A stretch of 64,000 nt of DNA, from assembly GCA_000092065.1 (NCBI GenBank), contig CP000589.1. The stretch is one strand, 5' to 3'. Source of the DNA: Ostreococcus lucimarinus. Its lineage: Eukaryota. The first letter of the stretch is position 1, and each line of letters begins with the position of its first letter. The position numbers and the translations under genes were made by a program. The notes under the pieces were generated by a model, which did not search any database, was not told the origin of the DNA, and saw only the letters and a program-made list of their open reading frames with translations. Positions 10,308-20,347 of the stretch are shown here, piece by piece.

Positions 10308-12500
10308 ATGACGCTGGCGCGGCGCGGGGCGCGCGCGATGACGTCGATCGCGTCCACGAGCGCGTCGGCGGCGTCGATCGCGCGCGCACGCGATGGTTTG
10401 CGATTGAATGCGCGACTGGGACGCGCGGTGGATGCGCTTTCGCGGGACGAACACCGCGCGTTTCGCGCGAAGGCGATCGCGTTGGCGCGACAGCGCGTGG
10501 GAATGATGACGTCGTATGATGCGGTCACGGAAGAGGCGCTGCGACGGGCGGTGCGGGACGCGTTCGGGGGCGAGCGAGGGGTTCGCGTAGGACGACGCGT
10601 CTCGCGGCGGTTCGACGCGCTGCGCGAAGCGCTGAAAAGATCGAGCGGCGGACGCGTGGTGAACGCGTTGGAGACGAGCGCGGGTGAATTAGATGCGAAA
10701 CAACTCGATGGACGATCAGCTTCGGAGGTAGGCGCAACGAGAGGGCTGGAGGGCGGCGCGCTCGCTTCGTGGGACGACGACATCGAGTGGGGCGCGCGGT
10801 TAAGCAAGCGAAAGCTGCGTAGAGTGGAATCGCCCGTCGACGTCGAGCGAGCGGGAGAAAAATCGTCGGTGGAGGTGAAATATGACGAACTCGATGCCGC
10901 TGTGTACGCAGTGATGCGAAGTCCGATGACGATGGGGGCATTGAAGAGGATTTTGTACGAGACGCGCGATCGCTTGGGCACGAGTTTCAAGCCGAGGAGC
11001 GTTTTAGATTTTGGGTCGGGGCCGGTCCCGACGACTCTGTTCGCCGTGCGCGCGGTTTTCGGAGATGATGTTGGCACGCATGGCGGGCGTGATACCGATG
11101 TTAAGGTGGCGTTCGTCGATAGCAACCCAGGGATGATGCGTTTTGCGAGACGCGTGACTGGATACGCGAAGAATATAGAGCAAGAACGTCGAACGACCGC
11201 GGCGCTTGAACGCGCGTCGACGACGTCAGAGGACAAAATAGGTGTTAGTGAAGAGCTCAGCGACGTTTTAGACGACGTCGACGCGTCTGTGACGCGAGTA
11301 TTGGACTTTAGCGATTTCGAAGCGGTGGAGGATGAGCGCCACGGGTTTCGGCCCGCGAGCGCGTTGAGATTGAAAACGCCTCACCCTTGGCACGAAAGTG
11401 AAGGCATCCGCACGAGCGCGAGTCTTCGTGGCGCCAATCGACGAGGTGGATTTGACGTCGTTGTTTCGTCGTACGCGCTGGGCGAAATTCCCGATAATCA
11501 CGTCGTCAACGCGCGCGGACGCGAAGTGCGAAATCAACGACAGCTCGACGTAACGATTCGTCAGTTATGGGATAAAGTCGCTCCGGGTGGCATCTTAGTC
11601 TTGGCCGAACCTGGAACACCGCGAGGGAGCTTACTCATTCGTCGCGCGAGAGCGATGCTTCTCGACGTTGCTCGACGCGATATGGAACAGGACGCGCGAA
11701 GACTCGACTTTGAACCGAGCGAAGACGCCGTGGAGGCGTACGTCGTGGCGCCTTGCCAGCACGACAAAGCGTGTCCGCTCAAGGATGTCAACGCTGAGGA
11801 TGGCTTTTCGACGTGGTGCCACTTTCCTCAGCGAACGCTGCGAAGCGCGTACGTGCGAGAAATGAAACATGGCGCCAGACCATACCAGGATGAAAAGTTT
11901 TCATACGTCGTACTGCGCAAGATGCGTCGAAGCGCGGCGCGCAGAGACGCCGAGCGCGCGACGCAAGCCGCTCGCGACGCGCTCGCGGCGCAAAAATCCG
12001 CGACTCCGAACGACGAAAGAAACGGAGACGAAGAAGACGAAGAAGACGAAGACGAAGAATATCACGAAAGTCTCGCGCGCGAGTCTTTCGAGGATTGGTC
12101 GCGCGTCATTCGTCAGCCCATGAAGCGTAAAGGCCACGTCGTCTTTGAGCTCTGCGCCCCCTCTGGCGAACTCGAGCGCGTCACCGTCGCCAGATCTCAC
12201 GGCGATCTCATCGGCCGTGACGGCTACAAGTACGCCCGCAAGCTTCGTTGGGGTGATTTATGGCCCTTCACGCACAAAACCGTCGTCAAACCCGGCGATC
12301 AGCGCGCGTTCGAGCTCGAGGCTTCGCGTTTCGAGAGCGACTTTCTTCGGTCTCTCCGTCGCGACCGCGCCGCGCGTCTCGTCGCGTCTCCCGCGCCTCT
12401 CGACCCGATCGCGCGCGACGAGATCGAGATCGAGCTCGACGACGACGAGCTCGACGACGAGCTCGTCGATCTTTGGAATAGCCGCGCCGGCGCGCGCTAG
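10308..12500 (+). CDS. Rsm22/METTL17-family mitochondrial small-subunit methyltransferase-like protein
   Basis: 730-aa ORF. N-terminal presequence. Class I SAM-methyltransferase-like core (VLDFGSGPVPT ... VVVSSYALGEIP). Cys cluster APCQHDKACPL ... WCHF, reminiscent of the Fe-S-binding motif of Rsm22/METTL17. Confidence 0.55.
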   Translation: MTLARRGARAMTSIASTSASAASIARARDGLRLNARLGRAVDALSRDEHRAFRAKAIALARQRVGMMTSYDAVTEEALRRAVRDAFGGERGVRVGRRVSRRFDALREALKRSSGGRVVNALETSAGELDAKQLDGRSASEVGATRGLEGGALASWDDDIEWGARLSKRKLRRVESPVDVERAGEKSSVEVKYDELDAAVYAVMRSPMTMGALKRILYETRDRLGTSFKPRSVLDFGSGPVPTTLFAVRAVFGDDVGTHGGRDTDVKVAFVDSNPGMMRFARRVTGYAKNIEQERRTTAALERASTTSEDKIGVSEELSDVLDDVDASVTRVLDFSDFEAVEDERHGFRPASALRLKTPHPWHESEGIRTSASLRGANRRGGFDVVVSSYALGEIPDNHVVNARGREVRNQRQLDVTIRQLWDKVAPGGILVLAEPGTPRGSLLIRRARAMLLDVARRDMEQDARRLDFEPSEDAVEAYVVAPCQHDKACPLKDVNAEDGFSTWCHFPQRTLRSAYVREMKHGARPYQDEKFSYVVLRKMRRSAARRDAERATQAARDALAAQKSATPNDERNGDEEDEEDEDEEYHESLARESFEDWSRVIRQPMKRKGHVVFELCAPSGELERVTVARSHGDLIGRDGYKYARKLRWGDLWPFTHKTVVKPGDQRAFELEASRFESDFLRSLRRDRAARLVASPAPLDPIARDEIEIELDDDELDDELVDLWNSRAGAR

Positions 12501-12760
12501 ACGCGCCGGTCTCGCGCGCGCGTCCGCGAAATCAGAAATCTTCAAATCCCGTCTCCCGCCGCGCTCTTTTTCCCCAAGCCCCGGCGCGATCGCGACACAG
12601 CGCGACGCGCGTCGACCTCGCGACGCGTGCGCGCGGACGCGCGAGCGCGCGGACGCGGACGATTCGTCGAGCGACGTCCGACGCGACGCGACGCCCCGAG
12701 CGAGGCCGCGAAGCGCCGCGTCGCGCGACCGGAACGCCGCCCGCCTCCGGTCGGTGATAA

Positions 12761-15418
12761 TTGCGAGCGATGGCGCGCGAAGACGGCGCGCGACGCAAGG
12801 AACGCAAGGACGAGCGCACGGTGGCGATGGAGAAGATGGTGATGGAACTCGCGGCGGCGGCGGCGGTGGTGGATGGGAATAAAACGTCGGTGAGCGAACG
12901 GGCGAGCGGGGCAAGCGGCGGGAGCAGCCTGACGAGGGCGCCGGACGCGGAGCGAGAGCGCGAGGAGGGACAAGCGTTGACGTTGGACGCGTTGGTGATG
13001 GCGAGCGCTGGATCGAATAAAAGAGCGAAGAGCGCGGGCGTTAAAGTGGCGAAACGGAAGAAGATGGAAGATAAGGGGGAGCGAAGGTGGTATTGTTGCT
13101 CGTGCAAGCAGACGCTGACGCCGGAACACTTCGATCCGAATTTGGAGACGTGTCGGTTGTGCTTGGCGAAACGTCGAGCGAAAGATCGGGCGAAGAAACG
13201 ACTTCGAGGGCTTCAGCTCAAGCATCACTTGTTGAGTGCGGATGAGAAAGATGTGGCGGCGTTTTTGTTGGGAGTGTATCATCCGGCGCTCACGCAGCAA
13301 GGGCCGCGATCTTCATCTTTTAACTCCATACAGATGAACGTGCAACGAGCGTCGATGGAAGTGAGCGCATTCGTAGAGGACTTCCGCAGCTTCCTCGAGG
13401 ACAAGCCCAAGGAACAAGCGGACAGATTGGTCCGCACGTTTTTGGGTTTGGACGATGCTGGAGAAAGGCTCACACCTCATCAAGTGATCAACGAGAAGGG
13501 TTCCGCGAAGAGGAATACGATGTCATCCAAAGCGAATAGCGCAAAGGCGACGCACAACTATCGCGCCCCAGCTTCATCGATGGGTGGCCGGCAAGAGTTG
13601 ACGAAGAGCCTGGACACCGTATACGATAAGTACGACGCGCTATTGAAAAACACCAGCGATGATCAAACGTGGGTTCGTTTCGCGGCGGAGAACGAGCAGG
13701 ACACTGATCTGGATGCTGAGAAGGTCAACTATTCCGCACCGATACATGAATCAGCTGCCGAAACCGGCACAAACGAGAAGGATGACGTGTACAGCGCCAT
13801 CATGCACGGCGCGGATCCCACCGTCAGTCATTACCTGTATCAATTCTTGTTCATGAATCAGCCGACAATCGGAGGCGAACACAGCACGATGGTCGTGGAG
13901 AGTGATCTCCCACAGCTTACGGGCCAGCTTCCATTGCGCGCAGTCGATAGCCTTTCGGAAGGGTCCAGCTTAAATGGTGCGACTAATGTGAGCTCGGAAT
14001 CGGACAACGTGTACAACACCTTGGATGAAGAGGAGCTGAACGGCAACGCATACGCGTTCAAGGGCTCGCTCGTGATGGGTTGGATTGGAGGCGCTCGTGA
14101 TGGAAAGAGAGAACTGCTAGCGAAAGAGAACGGTATCCTTCCGGACGATATGCACCCGCAAGCTGTGTTTAGCCATGGAAGACTGTTCGACGCGCGCACG
14201 CCTGGGAAGTTGGTTCCTCTCACCGAGACGGAGAACTTACACGGGTTTTCAGAAGATCTTGCGATTTTCCCCGTCAAGGATTCTTCGTCTGACATCGTTC
14301 GCATTCATATTCCGCCGGGATCTTTCAGCGAGGAGCTCGGTGTGAGAGCGTTGCACGATGGTCACTACATCGATTCTGAACTTCGCCACAGGCGCAACGG
14401 CGGAGCCGAGGTGATCCTATACCCGAACGGTAGAGACGATCGAGAGCGCAACGCAATCGTTATCCTCGGTGCTGTTCATTTACAATGTTTCGTTCGTAGC
14501 GGTACGGCGAAACAGATGCCTATCGGTTGCAACATCCCAGCGCTCTTCATACCGAGCCAAGCGCACGCGAAAGAGATTAGCGATGGCGTAGAGCACATTG
14601 CGCAAGTCAAGGGTACGAAAGCGGCCCGGCAGTTTTTGTCTTCGCTCGCGTACGTACTTGTGCACGGCGAACCAAAGAGCGCTAAGTTTGAGTTTGTCGT
14701 CGAAATGGCGCACATCCTCGCGCTCACGAGAACTTTGGATCTGCTCGAGCGATTGGCGATGTTGGCAAAGTCGTCGCTATCGAGCGATGATTCAGACACT
14801 TCTATCTCCGAAGTAGCGAGATTAGAAGTCTATAAGCCCTCGGATAATTTCTGGCAACACGCCGGTCATACCGACTCTTTTCTTGGAATCCTCCTTTGTC
14901 TTGTTGCGGGATTTATCCGTCTTATCGCTTCGGCTGTGAGCGGAGCGCGACTGAATTATGGATTCTATGCCACGCTCTTGGCCGCGGCCGCGCTTTCGGC
15001 AACGAACCCGAAGACCCGTGTAGACATCAAAAGCATTGCCTTCAACATGCTTTTTATCTGGGCACACGCAGCATCCATGCACTCAGATGATCTGACCAAT
15101 CAAATGACGTCTTACGGCAAGGCGCTGGTCATCACGCTTGCGCTCTCGGCACTGAACGCCTCGCATTCGCGCATGAGCAGCTCGTCAAGCTTTGTGTTAC
15201 CACAGCTCGCCTTTGCCGGAAGTGGCTATAACCCACACACCATTTTCCGCTTTATGAAGCAAGCGTTGCCTCAGGACGGAAGTATACCACAAAACGCGCT
15301 GCGAGCGCACGCCTGGACCGTTCACATCAGTTGCGCACTGCTGGCACCCGCGATCCTCATCTCTTGTATTTCGCAACTTCCAGGTGCACGAGTTCGCTCA
15401 AAATCTAAGCTTGCGTGA
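12761..15418 (+). CDS. large hypothetical protein with N-terminal Cys4 zinc-ribbon-like motif and C-terminal multi-TM region
   Basis: 885-aa ORF. CCSCKQTLTPEHFDPNLETCRLC motif. At least five hydrophobic helices in the last 200 aa. GC content falls sharply inside this gene (start of the low-GC island). No family recognised. Confidence 0.45.
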   Translation: MRAMAREDGARRKERKDERTVAMEKMVMELAAAAAVVDGNKTSVSERASGASGGSSLTRAPDAEREREEGQALTLDALVMASAGSNKRAKSAGVKVAKRKKMEDKGERRWYCCSCKQTLTPEHFDPNLETCRLCLAKRRAKDRAKKRLRGLQLKHHLLSADEKDVAAFLLGVYHPALTQQGPRSSSFNSIQMNVQRASMEVSAFVEDFRSFLEDKPKEQADRLVRTFLGLDDAGERLTPHQVINEKGSAKRNTMSSKANSAKATHNYRAPASSMGGRQELTKSLDTVYDKYDALLKNTSDDQTWVRFAAENEQDTDLDAEKVNYSAPIHESAAETGTNEKDDVYSAIMHGADPTVSHYLYQFLFMNQPTIGGEHSTMVVESDLPQLTGQLPLRAVDSLSEGSSLNGATNVSSESDNVYNTLDEEELNGNAYAFKGSLVMGWIGGARDGKRELLAKENGILPDDMHPQAVFSHGRLFDARTPGKLVPLTETENLHGFSEDLAIFPVKDSSSDIVRIHIPPGSFSEELGVRALHDGHYIDSELRHRRNGGAEVILYPNGRDDRERNAIVILGAVHLQCFVRSGTAKQMPIGCNIPALFIPSQAHAKEISDGVEHIAQVKGTKAARQFLSSLAYVLVHGEPKSAKFEFVVEMAHILALTRTLDLLERLAMLAKSSLSSDDSDTSISEVARLEVYKPSDNFWQHAGHTDSFLGILLCLVAGFIRLIASAVSGARLNYGFYATLLAAAALSATNPKTRVDIKSIAFNMLFIWAHAASMHSDDLTNQMTSYGKALVITLALSALNASHSRMSSSSSFVLPQLAFAGSGYNPHTIFRFMKQALPQDGSIPQNALRAHAWTVHISCALLAPAILISCISQLPGARVRSKSKLA

Positions 15419-15509
15419 GCAAGCGTTGTATGAGATAAGTTTTGGTACCATTACACTCTTTTAACGCTATCATCTACTAAACTGATATTCCGCAAGCTCT
15501 CCAATTGCT

Positions 15510-16553
15510 TCACGTTGCCGCGCCCGTTGTGTACAATTCCATCGCCAAACTCACTAGTGCGATGCTAATGATTATTCGCAGCGGCATCGTCTCGTGTTCG
15601 ATACATACGTGAATGATGGCGACCACGAGCATCGACAGCGCGGACACAAAACATTTGTAAATGTTGTCCAGGTACTTCAGAATGAAAGACACTGCCAACC
15701 CGCCGAACGACAGGACGACCAAACTTACCCAAGCATAAAAGTTGAATCCGGTAAAAAGTCCATTCTTTAACGCTTCTCCTTTCCAAACTATTGGAATCGC
15801 ACCACAAATCACGCCCCAAAAGTACAGTTGCATATTCTGCCAATGAATGCTATCCGTCGCCCCGTCTTGGTTGCTGCCCTTGAGCAGCTTCTCCGACAAC
15901 ACACTCCCGGACGCAGCGATGAACGTGTTTATCACCACAAGCACGTACCCATACACACTCCCGCGTAACTGATTAGAATCTGTGATCTCCGCCGTGACAG
16001 ATCCCAATAATAACAAGAACAGCGCTCTCCACTGCAACGAAGTTAACCGCCGCCCGAGCAGCGTCCACATCAGCACCCCGGTACTTAAAATTTTCAAGTT
16101 ATTCATGATCTGATACGTCGACGGCCCCAGTTCTTGTATGATGAGGAGCATACAGTTATTCGCGACGAAATAGCACAGCGCGGGAAGCGCAAACGAGGTG
16201 AAGCGTTTCGCGCTCCACGTCACTTCTTCGACTCCTCCGCACGCCCGCGACGTCGTCAAAAAGATGAACGACAACACCAGCTTCACCGACTCCATCGTGA
16301 ACGCCAGCACCACGGTATCGTACGGATAATCATCATCACTGTTCCGGCTCAGACTCGCGAATATCGTTCCCGCCACTTGCAGGAACAAGTACGACACCAT
16401 GCTCAACACCTTGATCGACAGCGGCGTTTCCGTCCTTCCGTCGCTCTTCTTCTCGGTCGGCGTCGCATCTCGCGCGAGTTCGCCGTCCGCATCCTTCCCA
16501 TCTCGCGCGAGCAGCGATTCGCGCTCATTCGCGCTCGCGCTCGCGCTCGCCAT
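15510..16553 (-). CDS. nucleotide-sugar transporter (SLC35A/UDP-galactose/CMP-sialic acid transporter family)
   Basis: 347-aa polytopic ORF. Conserved NST blocks (LKILSTGVLMWTLLGRRL, LLLLGSVTA, FALPALCYFVANNCMLLIIQELGPSTYQIMNNLKI). Confidence 0.75.
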   Translation of the reverse strand: MASASASANERESLLARDGKDADGELARDATPTEKKSDGRTETPLSIKVLSMVSYLFLQVAGTIFASLSRNSDDDYPYDTVVLAFTMESVKLVLSFIFLTTSRACGGVEEVTWSAKRFTSFALPALCYFVANNCMLLIIQELGPSTYQIMNNLKILSTGVLMWTLLGRRLTSLQWRALFLLLLGSVTAEITDSNQLRGSVYGYVLVVINTFIAASGSVLSEKLLKGSNQDGATDSIHWQNMQLYFWGVICGAIPIVWKGEALKNGLFTGFNFYAWVSLVVLSFGGLAVSFILKYLDNIYKCFVSALSMLVVAIIHVCIEHETMPLRIIISIALVSLAMELYTTGAAT

Positions 16554-16662
16554 CGCGTCGGTGTCTGCCGCAACGAACGATGGGTGTTACGTCGCGCGAG
16601 CCATCGCGGCAGACGCCGACGCGATTCGCGTCGTTCGCGGACGAAGCGACCGCGCGCGAACC
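16554..16662. promoter_or_regulatory. putative bidirectional promoter between divergently transcribed transporter and methyltransferase genes
   Basis: Only 109 bp separate the start codons at 16553 (minus) and 16663 (plus). This is an inference from gene arrangement only. Confidence 0.3.
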
Positions 16663-17955
16663 ATGGAATGCGTCGATTCTCTCGACGACACCGCGCACGC
16701 GGAGGACGGGCACGAGGAGTACTGCGCGGACACGGCGGTGTCGACGGCGCGCGTCCGGACGCTGCCGAAGACGCGCATCGTCGCGCGAAACGCGTGCGCG
16801 ATCACGGGCGCGAGCGACTTCGAGCCGCTGCTCACGCTGCGAGATTTTCCGGTGGGGATGTACTGCGTCCCGGAGGAGTGGGACGGCGTGGAGTACGTCG
16901 CGGACATGCGATGGTGCGTGAGCAAGAGCTCGGGGGTGATCCAGCTCGCGGAACTCATCGAGGCGGAGACGCTGTATGATTGTCAACACGAGAGCGGCGC
17001 GATCGGAGGACTGTGGAAGCGACATCACGAAGAATTTTGTGAGTTTATCGATGCGTACGGATGTGAGAGCGTGTTGGAGATCGGCAGTGGACACGGACAT
17101 CTGGCGAAGGAGTTTGTCGCGCGAAGACGCGGGAAATGCCGATGGACAATGGTGGAACCGAACTTGCCGAGTTGGTTGCTCACGGGTGATCATCCGAGCG
17201 AAATTCACCCGATCTCGGCGTGGTTTTGTGATTCGTTCGAATTACCGAAAGACGTACCGAAAATCGACGCTGTGGTACATTCGCACACGTTTGAGCACAT
17301 CTACGATTACGACGAGTTTCTTCGCAACGTGGCAAGAATGGAACCCAAGTTTCAAATATTTTCGGTGCCACACCAGCGGGAATGGCTGGCGCGTGGTTGG
17401 CAAAATAGCATCATGTTCGAACACCCGCAACTGTTGACGCCGAAAGCGATCGAGTACATTATGTCACGTCACGGTTTCGAGTTGCAAGGAAAGAAAGTTT
17501 TCGCCGACGGGCACTCAATGTTTTACGCGTTTTCATACGCGGGAAACGCGAGCAAAAGCGAGACATCGCAGCAATCTCTCGATGAGTACGCAGAGAACAA
17601 GCGTCTTTTTCGTAACTGGCTCAAATCCAACGTTGATTTCGTCCAGAATGTGAACGATCGCATCGATGAAGCGACTATGAATGGAGAAAAGCCAACAGTT
17701 TACATGTTTGGGGCGCACATCTTCACGCAGTACCTCGTCAGCTTTGGATTGCGTATATCCGCAGTTGAGGCGATTTTGGATAACGCCGAAGGAAAGCAAG
17801 GAAAGAGACTGTACGGCCTTCCTCTCTTGGTGCACTCTCCGAAAATTCTCTCTAATGTAGAACGACCAATCGTCATCTTACGAGTCGGCGCGTACGCCGA
17901 AGAAATAAAACGCGGCATTCTCGAAGTGAACGCTCGCACGGTCTTTTGGGAGTAA
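16663..17955 (+). CDS. bacterial-type sugar C-methyltransferase (TylC3-like; Methyltransf_13/14 plus C-methyltransferase C-terminal domain)
   Basis: N-terminal Cys-rich Zn-ribbon-like region. SAM motif I VLEIGSGHGHLAKEF. C-terminal domain resembling the C-methyltransferase C-terminal domain (PTVYMFGAHIFTQYLVSFGL). Low GC (about 50%) relative to the window average. The upstream in-frame ORF part (16399-16662) overlaps the transporter gene and is not counted. Confidence 0.6.
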   Translation: MECVDSLDDTAHAEDGHEEYCADTAVSTARVRTLPKTRIVARNACAITGASDFEPLLTLRDFPVGMYCVPEEWDGVEYVADMRWCVSKSSGVIQLAELIEAETLYDCQHESGAIGGLWKRHHEEFCEFIDAYGCESVLEIGSGHGHLAKEFVARRRGKCRWTMVEPNLPSWLLTGDHPSEIHPISAWFCDSFELPKDVPKIDAVVHSHTFEHIYDYDEFLRNVARMEPKFQIFSVPHQREWLARGWQNSIMFEHPQLLTPKAIEYIMSRHGFELQGKKVFADGHSMFYAFSYAGNASKSETSQQSLDEYAENKRLFRNWLKSNVDFVQNVNDRIDEATMNGEKPTVYMFGAHIFTQYLVSFGLRISAVEAILDNAEGKQGKRLYGLPLLVHSPKILSNVERPIVILRVGAYAEEIKRGILEVNARTVFWE

Positions 17956-18025
17956 GGCGGGTACAGACGTTGAACGATTGTGTGTTAGCATAGCTTAGAA
18001 GCTGTAGTACTTACATATTTCAATT

Positions 18026-20347
18026 TCACGCCATGACACTTGTCACACCCCGCGCGGCCCACTCGGCGTCGTACAAATGCGTAAACGCATTGGCCAGCCT
18101 TAAAATGTACATGAAGGGAAAGTTGGGTTCGCTGAGCTTGCTCGCATCGATGCACCCGAACCACACAGCCACAAACAAAGGAAATCCAGCCAAAGCGCTG
18201 CTTACTTGTGCGATGCGCTCATCTTTCGGTACGACGACGTTGTCCAACTTTTGCCTAGAATCATAATACGTGTTGACGAGCACTTCGGCCAATTGTTCAA
18301 AGTCCTCTATGTCACAGCTCTCGACGAGAAGGAACACGATGTCTTCGATACCTTGACCTGGGCGCGCGTACTGCCAATCAATAAAGATTGGTTCGCCGCC
18401 GTTCACTTGATAATCCCAGAATAAATTTGGAAATTTGAGGTCACCGTGAAGAAGCGTTTGCGGAGCTCTTCGAAGTCGCAGCTCGGCGTCCGCAAAGTTT
18501 GCCGCCGCGTGGTCAAACAGCACGAAAACTTGTTCACCGAGCGTATTGAACCATCGATTTCGAAACGTTGCGTAGTGTTCTTGCACGTGCTGTCGCATAT
18601 ACGTGTCATAAACCGATAGCCTTCCCAACGGCGCGCCTCGGAAGTGTGAATGCAACCTCGCCATCGTGTTCACCACCTTGAGGCCGCTTTCAAGACAAAA
18701 GTCTGGCGCTCGATCATACTTTCGTAAATCCTCCATGACGATAGCGCGTGACGTCGGAAGGACGCCGTAGCAGATCGGTACACGTACCGGCATGATACTC
18801 GCAAAATCTTCATAGAACTTACACTCGGTGTCGTGAAGGTTCAAGTGTTCGCTCACCTCCATCAAGACTCCGTGATCAGAGTTTTCTTGCTTCACCACAA
18901 GATGTCTTGAACCGGAGGTCGCCGAAAGAATTTCAGAAATGTAGCCACCGCTTGCTCGAATCGGATACACAACGGATCGTTGACCCAATACTTCGGACAG
19001 TTCGTTAGAAAGGTGCGCCACAGAATTCATCGTCTCCAATAACTCCTCTGGGTCTTCAGCGACATAATTCGCGATAAACGAATCGCTGCCTGACACGTTT
19101 GTATTAACAGAGACGACGTATTGGCATCCCGCTGCGCGTCCGGAAATCAAACCGCATCGAGAGTCCTCGAAGACAATGGAGTTTCCGATCGAGACTCCAA
19201 GTCTTCTCGCCGCTTTCAAGTACGGCTCCGCGTTTGGTTTACCAAATCTCACGTCACTCGCGGAAATAAGCGGTAAATCATCCAATGCAAGATGTTTCAA
19301 CAAAGCTTTGGCGGCGGTTCTGTTGGAATTAGTCACTACGGACACTGGTCCGAGCGCACGACACTTTTGCACAAATTCCACCGCGCCTGGAATTTCTTTG
19401 GTCTTTTCGATGTATCGCAAGAACGCTTCGTCTTTCTGCTCTGACGAAATCTGCAGCTTGAAACGCTGCGCGACTTGGGCGTCAGATTGTCCGCTGATGT
19501 GTTTGAGGAAGAATTCTTCGTCGACAAACGCGCCCATCGGAGCGAGGATCTCGCGCCAAGCCGCGACGTAGGCATCCGTGGTGTCCACAAGAGTACCGTC
19601 CAAATCAAACAAAAATGCATATCCCTGTTTGGACAAGTACTGCTCTAAACACTCAGGCGTACCGATGTTCGAGTATTGGTCCTCAGCGATGACGACGGAG
19701 CTGACGTGCTTGTCTCGCGCGACGTACTCTTTCAAAACGCATGAAACGTACGCCTCGCCGCGCTCAAACTTTCCTTCTTGAGTCAAAATATCCTTCGTCA
19801 ATTCAAGAAATTCTTTTTCACTCGCGAACCAGTACGCTCCAGTGTTCGCGTAAGGACCCACGCGCGACTTCTCCGCGATTTTGGTCACGCGTCCGCCGTC
19901 CCCGCTCGTCTCAACGTATGAATATTTTGCCGCCGTCTCACGCTCACGCGCGGATTCCTCAAAGCACAGGACCGCCGCGCGCACCTCCGGTTGTTTTTCC
20001 AGCGCCCGAAACCGTTCGATGACGTCGCAATGATACACCGCATCGCAGTCCACCAACAGGAGCGACGCGTCGTTTGTCGCCGACACCGTCCCCAGCGCGA
20101 GCGCCGCCGTCTCCGCCGCCCCGACCGTCGCACGCGCCAAGCGCACCGTGGTGAACCCTCGTTCGGGGACGGAATCATCGAAATTCGTCACCACGACGCA
20201 CGTGTCGCGGTTGTCATCGACGCACAGCGCTTCCGTGACGACGTGTATCATCGCCTTGCCGATCACTGGGATGAGCGGCTTGATGTCTTCGTAGCCTTGC
20301 GCTCGGAAGCGCTCGCCGCGTCCACACGCTGGAATGAGGACGCGCAT
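18026..20347 (-). CDS. tri-domain fusion: sugar-phosphate nucleotidyltransferase (MurU/LicC-like) + HAD beta-phosphoglucomutase-like phosphatase + choline-kinase/aminoglycoside-phosphotransferase-like kinase (AmgK-like)
   Basis: 773-aa ORF. N-terminal MRVLIPACGRGERF ... IKPLIPVIGKAMIHV (nucleotidyltransferase GxGxR motif). Central YAFLFDLDGTLVDTT ... SIVFEDSRCGLISGRAAG (HAD motifs I-III). C-terminal LLHGDLKFPNLFW (Brenner motif) and IDWQYARPGQGIEDIVFLLVE (ChoK/APH motif). Confidence 0.7.
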   Translation of the reverse strand: MRVLIPACGRGERFRAQGYEDIKPLIPVIGKAMIHVVTEALCVDDNRDTCVVVTNFDDSVPERGFTTVRLARATVGAAETAALALGTVSATNDASLLLVDCDAVYHCDVIERFRALEKQPEVRAAVLCFEESARERETAAKYSYVETSGDGGRVTKIAEKSRVGPYANTGAYWFASEKEFLELTKDILTQEGKFERGEAYVSCVLKEYVARDKHVSSVVIAEDQYSNIGTPECLEQYLSKQGYAFLFDLDGTLVDTTDAYVAAWREILAPMGAFVDEEFFLKHISGQSDAQVAQRFKLQISSEQKDEAFLRYIEKTKEIPGAVEFVQKCRALGPVSVVTNSNRTAAKALLKHLALDDLPLISASDVRFGKPNAEPYLKAARRLGVSIGNSIVFEDSRCGLISGRAAGCQYVVSVNTNVSGSDSFIANYVAEDPEELLETMNSVAHLSNELSEVLGQRSVVYPIRASGGYISEILSATSGSRHLVVKQENSDHGVLMEVSEHLNLHDTECKFYEDFASIMPVRVPICYGVLPTSRAIVMEDLRKYDRAPDFCLESGLKVVNTMARLHSHFRGAPLGRLSVYDTYMRQHVQEHYATFRNRWFNTLGEQVFVLFDHAAANFADAELRLRRAPQTLLHGDLKFPNLFWDYQVNGGEPIFIDWQYARPGQGIEDIVFLLVESCDIEDFEQLAEVLVNTYYDSRQKLDNVVVPKDERIAQVSSALAGFPLFVAVWFGCIDASKLSEPNFPFMYILRLANAFTHLYDAEWAARGVTSVMA

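Noticed and set aside
10112-11236. 374-aa minus-strand ORF rich in Ser/Arg/Ala overlapping the Rsm22-like gene
   Set aside because: Antisense ORF of the kind generated by high GC (no stop codons by chance). Low-complexity composition. The opposite strand has clear conserved-domain content.
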